From the sequence record LR597647: a stretch of 64,000 bases of DNA; one strand, written 5' to 3'. The notes under the pieces were generated by a model. It made no database searches, was not told the origin of the DNA, and saw nothing but the letters and a program-made list of their open reading frames with translations. This DNA comes from Escherichia phage rV5_ev147. Made by a program: the position numbers and the translations under genes. This document shows, piece by piece, positions 28,027 through 37,153 of the stretch. The stretch's first letter is position 1; every line of letters starts with the position of its first letter.

Positions 28027-28266
28027 ATGTACAAGTCATTTTCAATCTACTCAAGACAGGCGAAACACTGCACAGAGATCCTGATCACTCAGAAAAAATC
28101 TGTGGAAGGTGAGTGGGAATATCACCATAAAATGTTGCGTCCAGACTGGGTTTTTGATAGACTTATTGCTATGATCCCTCTCGGAGAAGTATACCCTCTG
28201 ACAGCCCATCGCGATGCTTGGGATTTAATTGATTACATAGATTCATTTAAGGAGCCTAGATTATGA
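28027..28266 (+). CDS. Hypothetical protein
   Basis: Start refined to ATG 28027 after AGAGGGGG. Confidence 0.35.
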   Translation: MYKSFSIYSRQAKHCTEILITQKKSVEGEWEYHHKMLRPDWVFDRLIAMIPLGEVYPLTAHRDAWDLIDYIDSFKEPRL

Positions 28267-28661
28267 AGATTGAGATTACTAAAGAAGGTAAGAAAGTGTC
28301 CGGCAACTATGCAACAGTAATTCGGGATTTAATGTTTGAAGCCACCAAGATCGGTACATCTAAAGTTGGTCAAACTGTTAGTGTGAAAAGTAATATCTCC
28401 ACAGGAGAGAAGGTATTCATTGTGGTCAAAGGGCAGGATCCCGTGGAAGGAACAGTGGGCCGAGGTGGCTACCTGTGCATTTCTGAAGAGCCGCGTATGT
28501 TAGTGGCTGACGCTACTATGGGTGGGAAACGTGTGTGCGAGGCGGATGAGGTAATGATTATCCAACCTGTTGATCCAGATGACCCAGCAACTTGGGTGGT
28601 AGGAAATGAAATCTTCTCTTTAGAAGAGTTATCCTTCCCAGCACCGCGCTCTGTTCAGTAA
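28263..28661 (+). CDS. Hypothetical protein, possible distant member of the small acidic family
   Basis: MKIEITKEG start and acidic tail; GGAG SD. Confidence 0.4.
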   Translation: MKIEITKEGKKVSGNYATVIRDLMFEATKIGTSKVGQTVSVKSNISTGEKVFIVVKGQDPVEGTVGRGGYLCISEEPRMLVADATMGGKRVCEADEVMIIQPVDPDDPATWVVGNEIFSLEELSFPAPRSVQ

Positions 28662-28698
28662 TAATTTATCTTACCAGGGACGGTAGGTAGGAGGTAGC

Positions 28699-28932
28699 AT
28701 GAAAGTTAAATTTCTTACAGATTTAGGGTACCCTTCCTTGGTTGACTGTGTTGGTAAAATTGTGGAAGCAAAACGGCTATCTGCAAACGAGAATGTTGTC
28801 CTGGTTAAAGGGAAGGATTTACTAGCTGCAGGTGCAGAGTCTGGCAGGATCTCTCCTGATTATATGTATTACCTATCTTTAAGTAATCTGCCAGAGCGAG
28901 GCGGTAAAGGCCTTGAAGTTGTGGAGGAGTGA
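28699..28932 (+). CDS. Small acidic protein, paralog family A
   Basis: MKVKFL...VGKIVEA...VLVKGKDLLAAGA...LEVVEE aligns with ORFs 32258, 32475, 34346. Confidence 0.5.
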   Translation: MKVKFLTDLGYPSLVDCVGKIVEAKRLSANENVVLVKGKDLLAAGAESGRISPDYMYYLSLSNLPERGGKGLEVVEE

Positions 28933-29462
28933 CAGGTATGCTTCTGATTAACTGGGAAGACCTCTATGGGGACAAAGACCCTGTTGCGTTTGTTGATCGT
29001 AGGTGGAGATACACTGAAGAACAACTGGCGGCAAAAAATTTAACTGCAAAACGCAGAAAGATCATCCAGTGCAAGTACAAATACGCACAGTTTGCTGCAA
29101 AAGTGTCTCCACAAATCGAGAACTTTGTGCTTAAATTGTATGACGAGTACCTCAAATTCAAATTGGATTTTGTGCAGGTGTACCGTGCACAGGTACGACC
29201 AGATACCAACATATGTAGATGGAAGGTTGTTTGTGAAGGTAAAGATTTGCCGCTCAGCTTGACAATTGAGTGGCGTTATGGGTATCATGAGTGTGGTCTG
29301 TATGATATTTGGGATGTCATTGTAGATCCTGCTAAGCATCTGAACACAGAGGAGCTGGAATATATCAATAAGGTTATTCTCGATATGTTTTTCAGCTACA
29401 CACATGAAAACTCTGAGAAAGAACGGGATAATTTTCTTGACACCCTCAGCGACCATTTGTAG
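28929..29462 (+). CDS. Hypothetical protein
   Basis: 177-aa ORF; no motif recognised. Confidence 0.4.
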   Translation: MTGMLLINWEDLYGDKDPVAFVDRRWRYTEEQLAAKNLTAKRRKIIQCKYKYAQFAAKVSPQIENFVLKLYDEYLKFKLDFVQVYRAQVRPDTNICRWKVVCEGKDLPLSLTIEWRYGYHECGLYDIWDVIVDPAKHLNTEELEYINKVILDMFFSYTHENSEKERDNFLDTLSDHL

Positions 29463-29492
29463 TATACAATTTAACCTACAAAGGGAGGACCA

Positions 29493-29720
29493 ATGAGTAT
29501 AAATGTTGTGCTAATAGGTTACCTGGTAATGTCCGTTATAACAGCGGTATTCTTGACAGGTGTATGCATCGTGTCCAGACGAAGGGTGAAGTTTGATGAT
29601 TTTATCACCATCATCACTGCTGCACCTTTTTGGCCTGTTGTTATCTTCATCGTAATAATGTGCCTAGTTGATTACTACAAGAATATCAGGAAGGAGAGTA
29701 GGGATGGAGACCGCACCTAA
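29493..29720 (+). CDS. Small membrane protein (two predicted TM helices)
   Basis: Hydrophobic stretches VVLIGYLVMSVITAVFLTGVCIV and IITAAPFWPVVIFIVIMCLV. Confidence 0.4.
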   Translation: MSINVVLIGYLVMSVITAVFLTGVCIVSRRRVKFDDFITIITAAPFWPVVIFIVIMCLVDYYKNIRKESRDGDRT

Positions 29721-29921
29721 AACTATCTATACTGTTCTTAAAGAGATTGCGTTCTACGCAGATCTTAGCCAGGCACCTTTATGGGAAAAGAGCATGTATT
29801 TAAAATGGTGCGTTAATTTAGGGAGACCTTCCAGTGTTTCAAGCCATGTTTATTGAGATGCTATCTGGGATATTGTTACTGGTAGCCATCTTAGGTGGTG
29901 CAGTTCTGATGTATAACTATC

Positions 29922-30125
29922 TTGAAAAAGGAGACAGCAATGGTAAAAAATAAATCTTTAGAGCAGGCTGAAAACCTTCTCCACGAGCTGGTAAAGGAGT
30001 GGAAAGTTGAATACTCAGATTTTAATGCACGAGAGGGTGAAGATTATTGGCCTACGGAGCGCTCAGAGGGCGAATGGTATCAAGATTTTATAGAGTGGTT
30101 ATATCAGACGTGCGATGAGGGGTGA
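29922..30125 (+). CDS. Hypothetical protein
   Basis: 67-aa ORF. Confidence 0.3.
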   Translation: MKKETAMVKNKSLEQAENLLHELVKEWKVEYSDFNAREGEDYWPTERSEGEWYQDFIEWLYQTCDEG

Positions 30126-30592
30126 CGATGTTTGTTAAATATGTAAAAACGTGCCTCAACAGTCTTGGCAGAGAGCATTGGTACACCTTGCTTGAAAAAG
30201 GGGAAATTTTAACAAAATCTGGAAAGATAACTTTGATACCTCTTGATAGTAAAGGTAAAGACCCGTCACGACTTGTTATAGATGATTACGTTACAGGTGT
30301 GACGTTCGAGGTCTCTGTGGAGAGGTTAATACGCAGAGCTGGCGGCCCTTATGACCGAAGAGAGTATGTTTTCGATTCCGTTACAGAGATGGGGGAGCAT
30401 CCGTCTTTAATGTTCAGGATGGTAATCAGAGATATGAGGTCATCTATAGATAGGATCGTAAAGGACATTAAGGAACCTTTTAGAGTAAAAGTTAAGAAGT
30501 TTTTCGATTCTAAGATTAACATACTCGCCGTTGCACTAGGTGTAGTTCAACTTCTGTTAATTTTGCACTATTTTGAACTACTATTTAAGTAG
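30122..30592 (+). CDS. Hypothetical protein
   Basis: 156-aa ORF with hydrophobic C-terminus. Confidence 0.4.
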   Translation: MTMFVKYVKTCLNSLGREHWYTLLEKGEILTKSGKITLIPLDSKGKDPSRLVIDDYVTGVTFEVSVERLIRRAGGPYDRREYVFDSVTEMGEHPSLMFRMVIRDMRSSIDRIVKDIKEPFRVKVKKFFDSKINILAVALGVVQLLLILHYFELLFK

Positions 30593-30654
30593 TAGTTGAG
30601 ATATGGCACAAAGGATGTGCCATAGTGAAATAAACTAAGAAAGAGGTAGAGAGA

Positions 30655-31002
30655 ATGCCAAAGATTAAAACGTTATTACTGTGGGTAGCTGTTTTAGCTT
30701 TTATAGGGTACTGGACTTGGGAAACTGAATTAAAAGATATCGGATATACCAGTCTTGAGAGCAAGGCGTGCATTGGCATAACCGATGCGTTCAGGCAAAA
30801 TGCTATGGATCACGAATGTGTTGATGCAGATATAGATGAGAAACTGTCTAAGGACAAAGATTTTTACCATGGGCATGCTTTACTTGATAGTGGTGACACT
30901 GTAGAGTTCTGGTCGTGGTTTCGTGAAGATGGAACAATAAAAACAGCAGTAAAGATCTCTAACAAAGAGTTAATGCTGTTGCAGCAAAAGGAGGCTCAAT
31001 GA
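30655..31002 (+). CDS. Hypothetical membrane-anchored protein
   Basis: N-terminal TM segment LLLWVAVLAFIGYW; AGAGGTAGAGAG SD. Confidence 0.4.
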   Translation: MPKIKTLLLWVAVLAFIGYWTWETELKDIGYTSLESKACIGITDAFRQNAMDHECVDADIDEKLSKDKDFYHGHALLDSGDTVEFWSWFREDGTIKTAVKISNKELMLLQQKEAQ

Positions 31003-31286
31003 TCTGGATATCCTATGCTGATGGCACCATGCTGTATACTGCAGGTACCAGATATGAAGTTCAGGAGAACGATAAAAAATTTATCGTAAAAACATTTGAC
31101 AAGGACGACAACCTTTTGCTAGAATTGACTTACAAAGTTGGAGAGGTATCCAATATCCAGTTGGATTGTGGTCATAAAGATAATCCACTCAAAAAACCTG
31201 GAGTAGGTAAGGCTTCAGAAGAACGTCTGTCTCGTATTGCAGAAAGCGTTTCTCCCCAAAAATCTAAGAAGAGGACTAGAAAATGA
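30999..31286 (+). CDS. Hypothetical protein
   Basis: ORF overlapping by ATGA. Confidence 0.35.
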   Translation: MIWISYADGTMLYTAGTRYEVQENDKKFIVKTFDKDDNLLLELTYKVGEVSNIQLDCGHKDNPLKKPGVGKASEERLSRIAESVSPQKSKKRTRK

Positions 31287-31477
31287 AAAACTTACGTTTT
31301 AACACTTATTACTACAACACATTGAATGATTTGTATTATATTGTTCGAAGTAAAAGTCCTGAAACAGTCCTATTCTGCCGCGAACCTTTCAAAGGGGAGG
31401 AAGTAGAGTCTGAGATGAATGTTAGCCAGATCACCTCTTTGTTGCTCTCAGGCGCAATGGAAGAAGCAATATTCTAA
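31283..31477 (+). CDS. Hypothetical protein
   Basis: ORF overlapping by ATGA. Confidence 0.35.
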   Translation: MKNLRFNTYYYNTLNDLYYIVRSKSPETVLFCREPFKGEEVESEMNVSQITSLLLSGAMEEAIF

Positions 31478-31495
31478 ACCAGGCAGGAGGGTTTT

Positions 31496-31684
31496 ATGAA
31501 GCACTATTGCCTGTCTGGTAGAATGGGTGCAGATTGTGATTGGGTTTTCTTAAAACTTGTCAGCATTCGAGAGTTCATCCCAGAGGAAGAGCAAGAAAGC
31601 GAGCTGATGTCATGGATCAACCATTACGGTAACACTTTTCGGCATGTTAAGGTAGAAGAGTTGCCAAGCGAGGCTGAATTATGA
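31496..31684 (+). CDS. Hypothetical protein
   Basis: ORF with GGAGG SD. Confidence 0.35.
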   Translation: MKHYCLSGRMGADCDWVFLKLVSIREFIPEEEQESELMSWINHYGNTFRHVKVEELPSEAEL

Positions 31685-31977
31685 AACTTTTTGAGTGGTT
31701 TAAAAAGTTTAAATATAAAGCTGTAGCCATCGTGCCGTGGTCCATTCAGTGGGTTGATGAAGGTGGTCTACCGATACCTGGTGACAAAGATACTGGGTAC
31801 TGGATTATGATGGAGAACGGGTTTGGAAAGCGAAAGTATACGTGCACAAACTCTACTCGATCTGCACTTAATAGAGTGCCTGGTTACAAACTTATGGTTG
31901 TGTGGAAAATGTCAGGCGTGCCTCCAGCCAATGCTCAATTTCTTACTGACAATCCGACCACGGTAGAGGGAGATTGA
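31681..31977 (+). CDS. Hypothetical protein
   Basis: ORF overlapping by ATGA. Confidence 0.35.
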   Translation: MKLFEWFKKFKYKAVAIVPWSIQWVDEGGLPIPGDKDTGYWIMMENGFGKRKYTCTNSTRSALNRVPGYKLMVVWKMSGVPPANAQFLTDNPTTVEGD

Positions 31978-32261
31978 TAATGAAAAAGATTAACAGTAGT
32001 GAAGTAGAGTTTAAACTTGTCGGAAAAGGCACTTACTGGGAAGTTCGTCAAAAGGTATATTTGTTCGGTCTTATTCCCTACTGGTCTAAATTCTACTGGG
32101 GAGCTAACGAGTTGGGAAGATACGCCACCAAATCAATGGCACTTATTGGTATAGCAGAGTACATTGCAGCCCGAGACAGGGTTGGAACCACTTATTACTA
32201 CACTGCTGACGATATTCGTAACAGTGTTTACGTCCCACAACCACCTGATGGAGACCGTTGA
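31974..32261 (+). CDS. Hypothetical protein
   Basis: ORF overlapping by ATGA. Confidence 0.35.
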   Translation: MIMKKINSSEVEFKLVGKGTYWEVRQKVYLFGLIPYWSKFYWGANELGRYATKSMALIGIAEYIAARDRVGTTYYYTADDIRNSVYVPQPPDGDR

Positions 32262-32485
32262 TGAAAGTTAAAGTTTTAGATTCAAGCTTCTATATTGGTC
32301 AGGAGCCTTTAGTAGGAAAAGTGTTTACTGCTGTCCCTAACGAAGATTACCCTGACCTTTTAAAAATAAAAGGAGCAGATCTTATTGCCGCTGGTGCATC
32401 TCAGGAATGCTTTGACAGTCAGTGGACCTATAACTTTGCCCTAGGTGAGGATGTAGAGGTAGTGGAGGACGATCATGAAGGTTAA
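32258..32485 (+). CDS. Small acidic protein, paralog family A
   Basis: MKVKVLDSSFYIGQ...GKV...KGADLIAAGA...VEVVEDD. Confidence 0.5.
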   Translation: MMKVKVLDSSFYIGQEPLVGKVFTAVPNEDYPDLLKIKGADLIAAGASQECFDSQWTYNFALGEDVEVVEDDHEG

Positions 32486-32729
32486 AATTCTTGATTCTAA
32501 CGTCTACTTGGGACAATCCTTCCTGAATGGAAAGGTCGTTCCTGCGGTATACTTTGAAGGGTTGCCGTGGGATGATCCTGTGCGGCAACATCACAGTTAT
32601 GTAGGCCACAACGTGGTGTTTATCTTGGGATCAGACCTGATCACCGCTGGTGCACCTGAATATTATTTCGGGGAAGAGTCCTATTATGCCTTTGGGGCAG
32701 GGTCAGATGCAGATATTGTAGAACTGTGA
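32475..32729 (+). CDS. Small acidic protein, paralog family A
   Basis: MKVKILDSNVYLGQ...GKVV...LGSDLITAGA...DIVEL. Confidence 0.5.
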   Translation: MKVKILDSNVYLGQSFLNGKVVPAVYFEGLPWDDPVRQHHSYVGHNVVFILGSDLITAGAPEYYFGEESYYAFGAGSDADIVEL

Positions 32730-32741
32730 TGGGTAACCGTT

Positions 32742-33140
32742 GTGAAAAATAAACTATTCAAAGTTACAATGAAAATTCGCGGAGCTTGGAGCGTAAAGCA
32801 AGGGCGTATCCCAGAATTTGAGAAAGACTTCTACGTAGTCTCCACCTCGGAGGAGGCTGCATGCTGGCAGGCTGGCTATGCCTATGCAAGAACCTGGTAC
32901 GAAGGATACCAGACCGGGGGATATGACGGAGAAATTATCAGCAGGGGTGTGGAAGAAATTAATGTGTTGACAAGTGAAAAAGTTTTTGTTATAGTGCATC
33001 CAGATTCCAGAGTGAAGCATTACTGGAACGCCAGAACAAAAACTTGGACACCGTTTGCAGATTCTGCTACGCCACTTTTAAACCAGAAAGCTCTTGACTC
33101 TGCCCCAAGTTATGGGATTGTTGAAGAAAAGCTAAACTGA
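32742..33140 (+). CDS. Hypothetical protein, paralog of ORF 34946
   Basis: FVIVHPDSRVKHYWNARTKTWTP matches FVMRHPHSNIAYYWDVLNNEWTP in ORF 34946-35341. Confidence 0.45.
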   Translation: MKNKLFKVTMKIRGAWSVKQGRIPEFEKDFYVVSTSEEAACWQAGYAYARTWYEGYQTGGYDGEIISRGVEEINVLTSEKVFVIVHPDSRVKHYWNARTKTWTPFADSATPLLNQKALDSAPSYGIVEEKLN

Positions 33141-33157
33141 AACAGTGAGGTACTAAC

Positions 33158-33448
33158 ATGATGGATTTAGTTCTGGACACGGATAACACCGGAGAGTTTA
33201 AAAAGGATGGTGTAACAAGCGTTGACCAATCCTTCCCTGCCAAGATTGACTCAAAATGGACCTACAAGTTTGATGGAGAGATCTTCGCAAATGATGAGAA
33301 GGTTGTAGATGCTGCAGCCATTTTGAACGCTCTAGGGTACGACCCTGTGAATTCTTTGATCAAGGATCCTGTTGAGTTTGCAGAGTATGTTCGAAAAATG
33401 GCAGATCTTGCTGTGGATATTTTAAAAACTATCGACGACAAGCTGTAA
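33158..33448 (+). CDS. Hypothetical protein
   Basis: 96-aa ORF. Confidence 0.35.
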   Translation: MMDLVLDTDNTGEFKKDGVTSVDQSFPAKIDSKWTYKFDGEIFANDEKVVDAAAILNALGYDPVNSLIKDPVEFAEYVRKMADLAVDILKTIDDKL

Positions 33449-33454
33449 AAACTG

Positions 33455-33484
33455 TTGACACAACGCTTCAGATTTAGTATCATT
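33455..33484 (+). promoter_or_regulatory. Sigma70-type promoter upstream of hpf
   Basis: TTGACA (33455-33460), 18-bp spacer, TATCAT (33479-33484). Confidence 0.45.
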
Positions 33485-33530
33485 GTTTTAAAAGAGGGTT
33501 TGGTTCCCTCTTCTTTAAAAGGAACACGTT

Positions 33531-33848
33531 ATGCAAATTGAAATCACTGGCAACGTAGAAATCACTGAAGGTATGGTGTCTTTCATTTCCCACAAAATGT
33601 CTAAGCTGGAGCGTTTGCACCCATCTGCCAACTATGCACGTGTGAGTGTAAAAGTTGAAAATGATCACCAGGAAGTTATGGCGTTCATTTTTGACAATTC
33701 TGGAAAAGAAGTTATTGCCAAGGCTAAAGGCAGTGATGCTTACGAGGCAACTGACCGTATGGTAGATGTTGCAGCACGTCAGCTGGCTAAATGCGGTGGA
33801 AAGAAAGGTAAGGGGAAAGGCAAAGTAAAGATTGACTTTGGAGAATGA
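33531..33848 (+). CDS. hpf: Ribosome hibernation promoting factor / RaiA-family protein
   Basis: MQIEITGNVEITEG...KLERL...VSVKVEN...AKGSDAYEATD...ARQLAK parallels E. coli HPF over its length, as recalled. Confidence 0.7.
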   Translation: MQIEITGNVEITEGMVSFISHKMSKLERLHPSANYARVSVKVENDHQEVMAFIFDNSGKEVIAKAKGSDAYEATDRMVDVAARQLAKCGGKKGKGKGKVKIDFGE

Positions 33849-33985
33849 GGTGCTACAATGGGTGTGATTGAGAAATTAGTCCCAAATGTAGAGATTGCAT
33901 GCTTTGAAATTATGTTTGCAATCGCAGTTGTAGTTAATGTGTTAGGTTACGGCTATTAATATCAAATAATTGAGGAGACCTCTAA

Positions 33986-34255
33986 ATGAAAATTAAATTA
34001 TTCAAAACTGAGCTGGCAGACAAAAATTGTGGTCTGGTTGAAGGCATGATTGTTGAAGCACAACCAGTGGACTATATGAAGGTGGTTCGTGATGCCCTGG
34101 GTGAAGGTTTTGATCTGATGGAGCCAGCCCTGCGGGAAGATGTTATCGAGATGGCTAAAAAGCACACACCTGAAGGTTTGGTGGTGTTTATTGCACCGGG
34201 TAACGGAGAAGAGTTGATTGTAACTCCTGATGTGTATGAGATTGTAGAGGAATAA
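33986..34255 (+). CDS. Small acidic protein, paralog family B
   Basis: MKIKLFK...GEGFDL...VVFIAPGNGEE...YEIVEE aligns with ORFs 35418 and 35679. Confidence 0.45.
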   Translation: MKIKLFKTELADKNCGLVEGMIVEAQPVDYMKVVRDALGEGFDLMEPALREDVIEMAKKHTPEGLVVFIAPGNGEELIVTPDVYEIVEE

Positions 34256-34345
34256 TCCTGCTTGGATTAGCATACTTCCTCGATAAGGAAGGTTTGTAAT
34301 TATTTGTGGGAAAGGAATCCCATCTCTTACCAGAGGTGATACTAT

Positions 34346-34609
34346 ATGATTGTTTATTTTAAAACTTCAGGTGGATACCCTGATTCTCAAAGCTTGATCG
34401 GAAAAACGTGCACAGCATACTCACCTCTTGATGAGGAGGTAAGCGATATTCTACGAAATATGTATCGGATTGATCCCCAAGAAGCTTTTGATCAAAACCT
34501 TGTATTTGTCAAGGGCTCAGACATGAAGTCTTTGGGAGCATTCCCTGAAGCAGATGATGATGCCGTTTATTCGTTCATGACCCCTTTTGAAGCTATGGTT
34601 GTTGGGTGA
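34346..34609 (+). CDS. Small acidic protein, paralog family A
   Basis: GGYPDSQSLIGK...LVFVKGSDMKSLGA shared with ORF 28699. Confidence 0.45.
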   Translation: MIVYFKTSGGYPDSQSLIGKTCTAYSPLDEEVSDILRNMYRIDPQEAFDQNLVFVKGSDMKSLGAFPEADDDAVYSFMTPFEAMVVG

Positions 34610-34613
34610 TAAT

Positions 34614-34946
34614 ATGAAAGTACGCTTTATTGGTGAAACAATTCCTGTGCATCTCAGGTCGCCTGAAGATTCTGCGGATCTTGCATCTCAGAAGGCGAGA
34701 GGTTATGATAAGAAAGTAATCTCAACCGATGTAGAACTTGAGGCTACTAGTCTACCTGACCCTGCTGCATTCTTTAATCATTATGGATACTATTTCAGCA
34801 ATCTGATGAATATCGGTGAGCTTGTGTTTATTAGTGGTGGAGAAATTGTTAGCAAGCTTGGCGGCGATCCGGATATCTTTCATGAAACCTGTCCTTTTGC
34901 ATTTGTGGTAGGTTCAGATGTGGAAGTTATTGAGGAGGTGCGGTAA
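34614..34946 (+). CDS. Small acidic protein, family-related
   Basis: Start refined to ATG 34614 (MKVRFIGE); ends VEVIEEVR. Confidence 0.4.
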   Translation: MKVRFIGETIPVHLRSPEDSADLASQKARGYDKKVISTDVELEATSLPDPAAFFNHYGYYFSNLMNIGELVFISGGEIVSKLGGDPDIFHETCPFAFVVGSDVEVIEEVR

Positions 34947-35341
34947 TGGTAAGCCTATACCGTGTTGAGTATAGCTCAGATACTGTATACAACGTAAGAA
35001 GCAAAGATCGCAGCGACAGAGTGCAAGAAATGTATGTTCTTGCCGACAGTCCGTTATCTGCAGCGTTCAAGGCAGGGGCTCTTGCATCTCGTTGGAAATT
35101 TGAAGGTGGATCTTTCTATGAAGAAACCCTTGAAGATTCTGTTGTTATTTCTTCTGTAGAGGTTTCAGATGACTACGAAGGGAAAAAGTTCGTAATGCGG
35201 CACCCACACAGCAACATTGCGTACTACTGGGATGTTCTGAACAACGAGTGGACCCCAGATCTTCAGAAGGCTACTGTGCTAACACCGTTTTTGGCAGATA
35301 AGTTCCCACCAGAAGGTAATTTATCCGCACTGTTTCAGTAA
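34946..35341 (+). CDS. Hypothetical protein, paralog of ORF 32742
   Basis: Shared HP(D/H)S...YW...WTP block with ORF 32742-33140. Confidence 0.45.
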   Translation: MVSLYRVEYSSDTVYNVRSKDRSDRVQEMYVLADSPLSAAFKAGALASRWKFEGGSFYEETLEDSVVISSVEVSDDYEGKKFVMRHPHSNIAYYWDVLNNEWTPDLQKATVLTPFLADKFPPEGNLSALFQ

Positions 35342-35417
35342 TTTTCTTGCACACAGGTGTTGACAACGCCAACCCTGTGTGAAATAATACCTTCATCTTA
35401 ACAAGACAGGGGACCGA

Positions 35418-35678
35418 TTGATGAAGATTAAATTGAAAAACCTTGAAACGGCAGAGATTCAGGACGGTGTTGATTTCCGTTCTAAAGATGGTGACATCTT
35501 AGAGGTAAATATTCCAACCTACGAGCTGATTAAAGGTTTTGGCAACGTTCCGGAAGAGGATATTACAGAAATTCTTATGATGTTGATTCTTGACGGAACT
35601 GTGTTTGTAGGTGAAGGTGAGAACGCTATTGCAATCCCAGGCCATTTTTATGAAGTAGTTGACGAAGAGGTGCTGTAA
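35418..35678 (+). CDS. Small acidic protein, paralog family B
   Basis: MMKIKLKNL...KGFGNVPEEDITEILMM...VFVGEGENAIAIPGHFYEVVDEE. Confidence 0.45.
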   Translation: MMKIKLKNLETAEIQDGVDFRSKDGDILEVNIPTYELIKGFGNVPEEDITEILMMLILDGTVFVGEGENAIAIPGHFYEVVDEEVL

Positions 35679-36029
35679 ATGAAAGTAGAAATTACCGGTT
35701 TTGATGTGAATGTGGTTCCGGAAGATATTTTAGCTAAACTTCCAGAAGGTTTTGGTAACGGCGTTGTGGTGGATGCTGTTCCTCCTACCAAAGACATTCT
35801 GCTGCAGTATGGTGTAGCAGAGGAAGATGTCGATAAAGTTCTTACAATGATGGCAATCGATCGTGTTGTCGTTGTTAAAGGTCTCGATAATTTTGAGAGT
35901 GATCCCCTGATTATTCGTGGAGATGACTACAAAATCATCGATAATGAAGGCCAAGAGTTCTATGAACCTTGTGCAGAAGATATTCTTAACTTATTACTGG
36001 AAGCAGGTACCGAAGAGGAGGACGAATAA
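35679..36029 (+). CDS. Small acidic protein, paralog family B
   Basis: MKVEITGF...EGFGNG...VLTMMAIDRVVVVKG; acidic tail. Confidence 0.45.
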   Translation: MKVEITGFDVNVVPEDILAKLPEGFGNGVVVDAVPPTKDILLQYGVAEEDVDKVLTMMAIDRVVVVKGLDNFESDPLIIRGDDYKIIDNEGQEFYEPCAEDILNLLLEAGTEEEDE

Positions 36030-36358
36030 TGAAGATTGACCCGTTACTGAAGGCTCGTGCAGAAAAAGCGTACACCATTAAGTTGACCAACTTGGTTCCT
36101 ACTTGTCATCCGGATGTAGGTTGGCCCGAAGGTTTGGTGGAGGGAACTGTAACAGCTGCATACCTTCCTAACATCAAATACCTCATGGAAATCTTGGAGC
36201 TGGATGAGGAAACGGCAGAAGAGTTCCAGTTGGACATGAAACAAAGTGGGACTCTGGTTATTCACGGGTGGTACAATACTAAAGATGCAGAAGACCCTCT
36301 GGTAACTTCTAATCTGGCATATGAAATCTTAGGGCCTTTGAACCTGGAGGAAGACTAA
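36029..36358 (+). CDS. Hypothetical acidic protein, possible family member
   Basis: 109-aa ORF, ATGA overlap, acidic C-terminus. Confidence 0.4.
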   Translation: MKIDPLLKARAEKAYTIKLTNLVPTCHPDVGWPEGLVEGTVTAAYLPNIKYLMEILELDEETAEEFQLDMKQSGTLVIHGWYNTKDAEDPLVTSNLAYEILGPLNLEED

Positions 36359-36645
36359 TGAAAGATCTGGTTAAGATTAAGATTAAAGATACCAATGGAG
36401 AACTCAGCCATTTTGGAATTAATGATGGTGACGAGCTGATCGCACACCTGCCTACCAAGGAGGTTGTAAGCAAAGCAGTTGCCGGAGAAGAAGCTGCAAT
36501 GCAGGCTGCAGGTGTGGATGAAAACTATGTAGCTATGTGCATGTGCCGAGATCAGGTTGTTCTGTATAAAGCGTATCGACCAAACGGAGCCACGGAGTGG
36601 CTTGTATTCCGACCCGAAGGATATGAAATCTTAGAGGCACTATGA
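36358..36645 (+). CDS. Hypothetical acidic protein, possible family member
   Basis: 95-aa ORF ending YEILEAL. Confidence 0.4.
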   Translation: MKDLVKIKIKDTNGELSHFGINDGDELIAHLPTKEVVSKAVAGEEAAMQAAGVDENYVAMCMCRDQVVLYKAYRPNGATEWLVFRPEGYEILEAL

Positions 36646-36734
36646 TAAATCTTGCCAAGGTTGCAACGGCACTGTTAATTATTTGCTGGTCAGTAACCTT
36701 AACACTGTGTCTTGTATTTCAGTGAGGTGCTTGT

Positions 36735-36998
36735 ATGAACATCCTGATGTGGGTTATAGCAGTGGCGTTTGTTGCATGTTTTTGCTGCTGGGTTGCGGTG
36801 AGGATTTCTGTAGCTACCCTTCGGAAGTTGGGGTTCTCAGAATGGGATATTAATATCCTTTCTTTTCGCAATGAAACAATCTCAGCCGCCCTGCTTTGTA
36901 AGAAATTTAAGTGGGAACCTTGTGAGGTCATGAGCTATCTAAGAACAGGCGATATCCCTGAAAGATTTAAAAAAGTTCTTGACGGCAAGGATAAATGA
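36735..36998 (+). CDS. Small membrane protein
   Basis: N-terminal TM segment ILMWVIAVAFVACFCCWVAV. Confidence 0.4.
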   Translation: MNILMWVIAVAFVACFCCWVAVRISVATLRKLGFSEWDINILSFRNETISAALLCKKFKWEPCEVMSYLRTGDIPERFKKVLDGKDK

Positions 36999-37153
36999 CA
37001 GTATAGTGACTAACAAGAGGTGAGGGGTGACTGATTTTACTGAAGCTTTAATGATGGCCTTGTCTGTTTTAGCGCTATCGGTGTGTTTTGGGGCGTTATT
37101 CACATCTCTGGTTAAAGTTTTACATACAGTATTATTACCCAAGGAGCGCAGTA

